This document shows positions 17,098 to 23,516 of a stretch of 25,421 nt of DNA, in pieces. The DNA is from Methanobacteriota archaeon (GTDB lineage Archaea; Thermoplasmatota; Poseidoniia; Poseidoniales; Poseidoniaceae). The position numbers and the translations under genes are program-made. The stretch spans positions 1 to 25,421 of the forward strand of contig JABIGM010000043.1 of NCBI GenBank assembly GCA_018650165.1. The letters run 5' to 3'. Each line of letters opens with the position of its first letter. The stretch's first letter is position 1. The notes below the pieces were generated by a model that worked only from the letters and a program-made list of their open reading frames with translations, ran no database searches and was not told the DNA's origin.

Positions 17098-17310
17098 ATG
17101 GCATTCTGTATCAGTTGCGGCCAAATGCAGGTAGATGGAACTCGTTTCTGTCGTTTCTGCGGTGGCCAACAACCGGGCGACCAGTTAATCGCTAGACTCC
17201 GCATGGAAGCAGAAGCCATTAGATTCCACTTGCAACAATTACAGGCTCAACAGGCTCAACAGATGCAGCAATTTGGCCAGCAGCAGCAAAACCAAGGAAA
17301 CCGTTGGTGA
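17098..17310 (+). CDS. Small zinc-ribbon protein with Gln-rich tail (70 aa)
   Basis: MAFCISCG...FCRFCGG (two CxxC), then a helix and QQLQAQQAQQMQQFGQQQQNQG. I placed the start at ATG 17098 rather than the track's 17056 because the TTCAAG promoter-like hexamer lies 24-29 nt upstream and 17056 overlaps the previous gene. Confidence 0.78.
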   Translation: MAFCISCGQMQVDGTRFCRFCGGQQPGDQLIARLRMEAEAIRFHLQQLQAQQAQQMQQFGQQQQNQGNRW

Positions 17311-17315
17311 TTATT

Positions 17316-17867
17316 GTGAAACTTCGCCACTTGGCGATTGCCCTGTCAAAACTACCATCTCACCCTTGCAATAGTGTTGAGTTGGAGCAATATCAAACCG
17401 AAGGCAATCTAGCAGCATTATGGCTTTCTCAAATTGATGGCATCGATGGCCTCAGTGGAAAGAAAGTTGTAGACCTCGGTGCCGGAAATGGGATTCTAGG
17501 CCATGGTGCTCAATTACTTGGCGCAGAAGTTACGTTTGTTGAGTGTGACCCCGATGCTGCTGAATTATGCAGGGCGCTTGGAGAAACTATCGAAGGTCGT
17601 GTTGGTGAAATCGATATACCAATGGCAGATATTGTCATTTCAAATCCACCTTGGGGAGTTCAGATTCATGGGGCAGACCGCCCGTTTGTTGAAGCCGCTA
17701 TCAAATGCGCCCCGGTCATACATATGATGCACAGCGCCTCAGCCACACACCTTCCCGAGGGTGAAATAATTCTGGAAGGTGATTTTAGAATGCCTGCAAT
17801 ATACGCACATCACACCTCCAAGATGGGGGCTACTGCTGTCAAGTGTTGGCGTTTTACTCGAGGATAG
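17316..17867 (+). CDS. METTL5-family class I SAM-dependent (rRNA N6-adenine) methyltransferase
   Basis: LEQYQT motif, SAM-binding VVDLGAGNGILG and catalytic NPPW (NPPF-type). The start is most likely GTG 17316 (MKLRHLAIALSKL), with SD GGTGAT at 17306-17311. METTL5 homologs next to csl4 are a known archaeal gene neighbourhood. Confidence 0.85.
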   Translation: MKLRHLAIALSKLPSHPCNSVELEQYQTEGNLAALWLSQIDGIDGLSGKKVVDLGAGNGILGHGAQLLGAEVTFVECDPDAAELCRALGETIEGRVGEIDIPMADIVISNPPWGVQIHGADRPFVEAAIKCAPVIHMMHSASATHLPEGEIILEGDFRMPAIYAHHTSKMGATAVKCWRFTRG

Positions 17868-17870
17868 GGG

Positions 17871-17876
17871 TTCAAA
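17871..17876 (+). promoter_or_regulatory. Putative TATA-like TTCAAA (AGGGG-TTCAAA) for csl4-radical SAM, implying a leader of about 40 nt
   Basis: Same motif context, but at -69..-64 from ATG 17940. Confidence 0.35.
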
Positions 17877-17910
17877 AGCAAACAGCCCCCGCCTCAACTA
17901 TCCCCTTCCC

Positions 17911-17927
17911 GTCACCCTTAGGGTGAC
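17911..17927. repeat. Perfect palindrome GTCACCC-TTA-GGGTGAC in the csl4 upstream region
   Basis: 7-bp arms and a 3-nt spacer, flanked by C-rich tracts. Confidence 0.7.
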
Positions 17928-17939
17928 TCCCCCCCAAAA

Positions 17940-19352
17940 ATGAGCGTGAAAAAAATGGCGAGCATCGTCACCCCAGGAACCGTAGTTGGTACTACAGAGA
18001 AGAATAGCCCCGGAGCGGGGATCACTGAACAAAACGGCGACCTAGTTGCACTTTTGACAGGTGTCGTAACAGAAAATGAAGGTGTCATTAGCATAGCATC
18101 GCACAATGAAATGCTCCGACTTGAAGTCGGTGACATGATTATTGGAGAGGTTGTAAAACTAAATGAAAAAGCAGGAGAAATCCAAGTCCTAAGCGTTGAA
18201 GGAAAGCCAAATCGTTCGATTATGGCCGACCAACTTTTCGCACAATTCCACGTCACAAGAATCTGTGACCGCTTCCTACACAATACTGCGGACGGACTAC
18301 GTCGTAGAGATATTGTTCGTGCCAAGGTTAGCGAAGCAGAAAATGTAGTTCGTATCGACATGCGTGAAGATGTAAACTGTGGCGTACTTTGGGCTCTTTG
18401 CCCGCCTTGTGGAGATACCTTCGTTGCTGAACAAAATGGTGATTGGAATGTATCTTGCCCAACCTGTGGCAATCAAGCATTCCGAGCATTAGCTGATGAT
18501 TTCGGTGGAGAGGCTGGTAAGTCTGCACTAAACGGATCTGGAAAGAGATGGAGCGGGGCTGCTGAGGCGCAATTCGCTAAAGGAAGTGCGGGAAGAGCAA
18601 CTTTCATCGCAGAAGATATTCGTGAAGATGGTAGTGAACGAACCTACTTCAGATTCGAAGGTGATGTCGGCGGCGGACGTCAAGAACGTCGCCAAAAAGC
18701 AGCACCAGGTTGCAGATTATTCGTTGGCGGTCTTTCGTTTGAAGTCGAAGATGATGAATTGCGTGAAAAATTCGCAGAGCATGGGAAGATTACTGATTTC
18801 GCATTGATGAGAGATGAAACAGGCAAGAGCCGCGGATTCGGATTCATTACTTTCGATAAGAAAGCAATGGCCGATGCTGCAGTTGCTGCTCTCGATGGCT
18901 TGAGATTAAAAGGTCGTAAAATCGGTGTACGTGATGCAGATGCTCCTAAGGAAGACAAACCTCGTCGTAAGGAACCAGAAGGTGCAAAACTCTACGTTGG
19001 CAATCTGCCATTCAAAGCGAGTGAAGATGACCTGCGTGCCCTCTTCAAGGACCTTTGTGATTCGGTACACATTTACTGGCCAGCAGATAATGCGGGCCGC
19101 AAGAAGGCATTCTCATTCGTTACTGTCATGCCTGAATCAAAGGCCGAAGAAGTTGCCAAGAAACTGAATGGCAGCGATATGATGGGACGTGAAATCAAAG
19201 TCGATATTGCAAAACCACGTGACCGCAACAACCGTGGCCCAAAGGGCAAGAGTGGAGATTCAAGTGGGAAATCATCACGAGAATTACGTGCTCTTGCTGA
19301 GGAAGAAGCGGACTCTAAGAAGAAGAAGCACCGCCGACCAAAGAAGGATTGA
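17940..19352 (+). CDS. csl4: Exosome cap subunit Csl4 fused to two RRM domains and a basic tail (470 aa)
   Basis: aa 1-190 match Csl4: N-domain IVTPGTVVG...PGAGI, S1 domain VGDMIIGEV...DIVRAKV, Zn ribbon GVLWALCPPCG...CPTCGN. RRM1 has RNP2 LFVGGL and RNP1 RGFGFITF. RRM2 has RNP2 LYVGNL and RNP1 KAFSFVTV. The tail is KKKKHRRPKKD. Confidence 0.85.
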   Translation: MSVKKMASIVTPGTVVGTTEKNSPGAGITEQNGDLVALLTGVVTENEGVISIASHNEMLRLEVGDMIIGEVVKLNEKAGEIQVLSVEGKPNRSIMADQLFAQFHVTRICDRFLHNTADGLRRRDIVRAKVSEAENVVRIDMREDVNCGVLWALCPPCGDTFVAEQNGDWNVSCPTCGNQAFRALADDFGGEAGKSALNGSGKRWSGAAEAQFAKGSAGRATFIAEDIREDGSERTYFRFEGDVGGGRQERRQKAAPGCRLFVGGLSFEVEDDELREKFAEHGKITDFALMRDETGKSRGFGFITFDKKAMADAAVAALDGLRLKGRKIGVRDADAPKEDKPRRKEPEGAKLYVGNLPFKASEDDLRALFKDLCDSVHIYWPADNAGRKKAFSFVTVMPESKAEEVAKKLNGSDMMGREIKVDIAKPRDRNNRGPKGKSGDSSGKSSRELRALAEEEADSKKKKHRRPKKD

Positions 19353-19361
19353 GGTGTAGAA

Positions 19362-21095
19362 ATGGTTGAGACCCAGGAACCATCCTGGCTCGTCATTGAC
19401 GGTTATGAAGATGAACCGGCTGCTTTCGGGGTTCCGCCTTATGTCGGGTTCCATGTCAGATACATTTGTGGTGTTCTAGAACAACAAGGTATCCCTTACG
19501 AATATTGTACAATAGATTCCTACCGCCTGTCACCCCCTTCTCTAGAAAACCGATTAGGTATTGTGATTTTAGCGGGCGCTGTAGTTCCAGGCAAGTACTT
19601 GCGTGGTGCTCCAATATCCCTTCGTGAAACTCGTGAGTTGATCACTAAATCTCCAGGAAATACTCCGATTTTGTGTGGTGGCTGGGCTATTCGTGGTTGG
19701 AAAAATCAAGGATGGAGTCCTCTTCGTCACAATTTATTCCTTGCATTACAAGATACAGATGCGACATTATCCTACTTTTTAGACAAGAGTGAATGGAAGC
19801 ACCAAAGGCGTAATTCTGAGCAATGGACTGCTTGGGCACAAGCTGGAGCGAGATCCAAAGCAGTAACCAATAATCCAGACCTAAACGGCCCACTAACCTA
19901 CGAAGTAGAAGTCTACCAAGGATGCGTTAGGTACAAACGCGGCTGTAAGTTTTGTATTGAACCAAAGAAAGGAGTTCCTATTTGGCGCAGTCCGGAAGAT
20001 ATCATCGAGGAAGTGCGAATCGCTCATGACATGGGTGTTGAACATGTTCGCTTAGGTGGGATGACAGATACTTACACCTACATGGCCGAAGGTGTTGTTG
20101 AGATGGAATATCCTCGTCCAAATCCTGAGCCAATAGCAAAATTACTTCACGGCTTACGTGATGATGAAAGACTAGGAATCCTGCATACAGACAACGGCAA
20201 CCCATCTATTATCGCAGAACATCTGGAAGAGTCTGAAGAAATTACCAAAACTTTGGTAGAGACACTATCTGATGGAGCAGTTCTCTCTTTTGGATTAGAA
20301 TCGGCAGACCCAAATGTCCATGAAGAAAATTGGTTAAACTGTGATGCTAAACAATTGAAGTCTGCAATTGCTCTAATCAACAAACATGGCAGAACTCGTG
20401 GTGAAAGAGGGCTGCCCAAATTATTACCAGGACTCAACTTTATTGCTGGATTAAATGGTGAATCAAGTATAACATACGGCCTCAATTTGAAACTTCTTAG
20501 AGAATTGAAGGAAGAAGGTCACATGATTAGAAGAGTCAATATTCGTCAAGTAGAGGGTGAAGGTTTCCAAGAAATCGATGATGTTGATTTCCGTTCTTTC
20601 AAGAATAGTGTGAGAGAAGAGTTCGACGGACCTCTTCTGGAAGAGATGTTACCTATTGGAACAATACTAGACGATGTTTGGTGGGAGGCGCATGATGGTA
20701 GAACTCGCCTTCCTCGACACTTAGGACCTGAGGCAAGAGACCCCACGATTCATGGAAAACCGGGAATTACATTTGGCCGTCAAATCGGTGCATATCCGAT
20801 TTTGGTTGGCATGAATTATCTCGCTCCTCTAGAAAATTATTCTCAAATTCTGGTCACTGGCCATGGTGCACGTTCAATTACTGGAATTGAAACTGGATTA
20901 GATTGGAGGACCGTTACGGAAAAGCAGTTGGCTGCAGTTCCTGGAATCTCGGCCAAAGGCGCTTGGAATCTAATAGGAACAAGGGCAAAAGCACACTCGA
21001 AAAAGCGCCCACTTGAAAGTGTGGAAGATTGGTTCAAATCTGCGGGTGTAAATATCCCAGAACTAATTGATTTTGAGAAGATATTGAAGGATTAA
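19362..21095 (+). CDS. Radical SAM protein with C-terminal helix-hairpin-helix (COG1031-like), function unknown
   Basis: N-terminal IDGYEDEPAAFGVPPY, cluster motif GCVRYKRGCKFC (CX6CX2C), SFGLESAD, NFIAGL.GE, RRVNIRQV, FGRQIGAYPILVG and HhH-like LAAVPGISAKGA. SD GAGGTG at 19351-19356. Confidence 0.85.
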   Translation: MVETQEPSWLVIDGYEDEPAAFGVPPYVGFHVRYICGVLEQQGIPYEYCTIDSYRLSPPSLENRLGIVILAGAVVPGKYLRGAPISLRETRELITKSPGNTPILCGGWAIRGWKNQGWSPLRHNLFLALQDTDATLSYFLDKSEWKHQRRNSEQWTAWAQAGARSKAVTNNPDLNGPLTYEVEVYQGCVRYKRGCKFCIEPKKGVPIWRSPEDIIEEVRIAHDMGVEHVRLGGMTDTYTYMAEGVVEMEYPRPNPEPIAKLLHGLRDDERLGILHTDNGNPSIIAEHLEESEEITKTLVETLSDGAVLSFGLESADPNVHEENWLNCDAKQLKSAIALINKHGRTRGERGLPKLLPGLNFIAGLNGESSITYGLNLKLLRELKEEGHMIRRVNIRQVEGEGFQEIDDVDFRSFKNSVREEFDGPLLEEMLPIGTILDDVWWEAHDGRTRLPRHLGPEARDPTIHGKPGITFGRQIGAYPILVGMNYLAPLENYSQILVTGHGARSITGIETGLDWRTVTEKQLAAVPGISAKGAWNLIGTRAKAHSKKRPLESVEDWFKSAGVNIPELIDFEKILKD

Positions 21096-22642
21096 TCTTC
21101 AACCCAAGCATAGGTACGCATACCTTCATCGAGACCTTTTCCAGCAACATCTACTAGTGCAAATTCGCCTTGTGGAGTGATGATTGATTCCCTTGCCAAT
21201 CCCTTGTGAAGTGCTTCGTAAGTTACACGGTCGATTGCCATTCTTCCCTCTAGCCTTTCGAATAGATTCCAGCGGCTTGCGATTTCTCTCCATGTAGGTT
21301 GAATCTCAGCCTCAAACACCTTTGCCTTAGCACCAGAACCATATCCGCACAATCCTAGAGTCATATTGTCAAGGTTAGCATTCTCCTCATAGTCAGCCTC
21401 AAAGGTTGACATTAGTGCTAGGAAAATCGAACCAGTATACTGGTTTCCAATCAGAGAAGATGCACGTTGTCCCTTCTCGATTCTATCTTCAACGAATTGT
21501 TTGAATGCTTCGGTCTTGGAAACTGCACGACGGTAACTATCCATCTCCTTCTCCCATTCCTCAACGGTTTCGAAGTCATCCTCTAGAGGCATTTGGCCAA
21601 TTTCTGTTTCGACATCCTTCCATGAATCAAGATGTTGACGGTCGTGACGGAATACGTCAGGGAACATTCGCTTTGCTTGGAAAGCATATGGCAAATGCAT
21701 GATGATGCGAGCCCATTGTTCGGTTAGAATGATGTCCATATCTGGATCGAATCTTCCTTGCTTGATTGCTTTCTCACTGAAGTGTGTGAAAGCCTGCTTG
21801 ACCGCTTCTCGGTAGCAACGGTTAGAGAATTGTCCATCAAATACTGGTTCATCTCTGTGAACTTTGACGTTTTCTTCACCGTGAGCGAAAATACCTAGTC
21901 TGCGAACGGTTGATTCTGGAAGATGCTTAATCATAGCTTCAGCCATACCATCTCTAAAGGTAGCACCTGCTTCGGAAGCAAGTTGCAAAACATGGTCGAT
22001 TACACTCTGGATAGAGACTTCTCTCCTTGGTTTGAAGAAGTCGTGAACAGGTGTTGTTGAGACACCCCAGCGGTCAGGGATTACAATTAGGCGAGGATTG
22101 TGGCGAACAAGAAGAGCGCCACCTCCGGCACCTTGAGTATACTCACCTGAAGATTCCAAGTCATACTTTGCATTATCAGAAAAAACTACGATTCCCATGC
22201 GGCCATCTTCTTCGCCTCCACGAGCAACCCAGTCCAGAGTGTTGTGGAGAGCATCTACCGCCCCGATACAAGCAAATGTCATGTCAACAACATCGCAACC
22301 TCGGAAACAATCTTTCCCAAAGCGGTCGCCATATCTATGCGTTAGCATGTCAACAATGTAAGTGGCAGTAGGTTTTGCTCCATCTAGAGCAGATTCTGTA
22401 CCAAGGTAGATTCTGCCAATGTCTCTTGGGTTTATGCCATTACGATCAATCAGACGACAAACTGCATTTGCCCCCATTGTAGCAGTATCCTCATGAACAT
22501 CAGGAATTGCCATTGCAGCAAGTCCTAGTCCCTTGTTCAATTTGCCGAAATCGGCTCCCCGCATCTCTGCGAAATCCTCCATATCCATGTATAAACGTGG
22601 GAAATGAAGAGCCATATCGTCGATTCCAACTCTAGCACCCAT
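21092..22642 (-). CDS. mvaS: Hydroxymethylglutaryl-CoA synthase, long bacterial (MvaS-like) type
   Basis: VGIDDM, EDTATMGANA, catalytic Glu in GTES, catalytic Cys in FACIGA, EYTQGAG, HLPY, GNQYTGS and YGSGA. Start at ATG 22642 (the track uses TTG 22645). The stop overlaps the convergent radical SAM stop (TTAA, 21092-21095). Confidence 0.92.
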   Translation of the reverse strand: MGARVGIDDMALHFPRLYMDMEDFAEMRGADFGKLNKGLGLAAMAIPDVHEDTATMGANAVCRLIDRNGINPRDIGRIYLGTESALDGAKPTATYIVDMLTHRYGDRFGKDCFRGCDVVDMTFACIGAVDALHNTLDWVARGGEEDGRMGIVVFSDNAKYDLESSGEYTQGAGGGALLVRHNPRLIVIPDRWGVSTTPVHDFFKPRREVSIQSVIDHVLQLASEAGATFRDGMAEAMIKHLPESTVRRLGIFAHGEENVKVHRDEPVFDGQFSNRCYREAVKQAFTHFSEKAIKQGRFDPDMDIILTEQWARIIMHLPYAFQAKRMFPDVFRHDRQHLDSWKDVETEIGQMPLEDDFETVEEWEKEMDSYRRAVSKTEAFKQFVEDRIEKGQRASSLIGNQYTGSIFLALMSTFEADYEENANLDNMTLGLCGYGSGAKAKVFEAEIQPTWREIASRWNLFERLEGRMAIDRVTYEALHKGLARESIITPQGEFALVDVAGKGLDEGMRTYAWVED

Positions 22643-22764
22643 CAACCCTCGCCCATTCCCTACCCTATTTCACGGCATCGCAACTTTTCTAGGCGGTGGA
22701 GGGTGTTGCTGGCTACACCGCCGTGGCCGAGCGTTTTTTCATCAATAACTGGCTGAGAGAGGCT

Positions 22765-23490
22765 ATGGGAGCGACCGATTATGCTAAGAAACTCTCCCAG
22801 TCATGCGATTCCCTAACTAAATCAATTTTGAAACAGACAAATCTAGCATATGTTACAAATCCTCTCAATTATGCATGGGAATATCATGAATCTTATCTTA
22901 CACAATATTCTAATCTTGGAGCCACAACCTTGCTCCTAGGAATGAATCCTGGACCATACGGTATGGCCCAATGTGGAGTGCCGTTTGGTGCAACACATAT
23001 CGCTAGAGATTTCCTCAATATCACTGGAGAAATTTCTGACCCAAAGGGGCGTCATCCTAAACGACCAATCGAAGGCCTAGATTTTGCACGACAAGAGGTT
23101 AGTGGGACAAGGCTATGGGGGCTGCTAAGAGATATTTGGGAAACCCCTGAAGAAATCCATAGAAATGTGTTTTTGGTTAATCATTGCCCACTATTACTGC
23201 TAGGAGAAACTGGAAAAAATATAACTCCGGATAAAATTAGTGGAAATGCAGTTAAAAAATTGCTAAAAGCCTGTGACGAACACCTCCGAGATGTAGTGGT
23301 TGGTATGGGAATTACAAGGGTGATTGGTATTGGAAAATATGCGGAAAAGAGAGCGCTGCTTGCCCTTAAAGGCATGGATATCGAAATCACAACATGCTGG
23401 CATCCTTCACCTGCATCGCCACTTGCAAATCGTAATGATGGGGCCGATTGGAGAGCGAATGTTCGCAAGGTATTACTGGGCGAGCATTGA
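22765..23490 (+). CDS. smug1: SMUG1-type (family 3) single-strand-selective monofunctional uracil-DNA glycosylase
   Basis: GMNPGPYGMAQCGVPFG, EVSGTRLW, NHCPL, NITPDK and HPSPASP. The start is probably ATG 22765 (preceded by GAGAGG) rather than the track's GTG 22696. Confidence 0.92.
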   Translation: MGATDYAKKLSQSCDSLTKSILKQTNLAYVTNPLNYAWEYHESYLTQYSNLGATTLLLGMNPGPYGMAQCGVPFGATHIARDFLNITGEISDPKGRHPKRPIEGLDFARQEVSGTRLWGLLRDIWETPEEIHRNVFLVNHCPLLLLGETGKNITPDKISGNAVKKLLKACDEHLRDVVVGMGITRVIGIGKYAEKRALLALKGMDIEITTCWHPSPASPLANRNDGADWRANVRKVLLGEH

Positions 23491-23492
23491 TA
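23487..23492 (+). promoter_or_regulatory. Putative TATA-like TTGATA for fadD, overlapping the SMUG1 stop
   Basis: At -30..-25 from ATG 23517. Confidence 0.45.
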
Positions 23493-23516
23493 ATCAATAC
23501 CGACTCTGTCAAAGTC

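Noticed and set aside
17098-17310. Calling the small Zn-ribbon gene trm112
   Set aside because: Cys spacing and the Gln-rich tail do not resemble Trm112; adjacency to METTL5 alone is insufficient.
16582-19396. Minus-strand ORFs of 196, 184 and 107 aa opposite the hypothetical gene and csl4
   Set aside because: Antisense shadows of well-supported plus-strand genes, with low-complexity Ser/Thr composition.
11705-21095. Convergent stop-codon overlaps (11705-11711, 21092-21095) and the triple stop at 14374-14382
   Set aside because: Real, but ordinary features of compact genomes.
22696-23516. Track start sites for SMUG1 (22696) and fadD (23448), and likewise 17056, 17304 and 22645
   Set aside because: These N-terminal extensions overlap neighbouring genes or lack family-like sequence. 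Downstream starts have SD or TATA-like support. This is a judgement, not proof.
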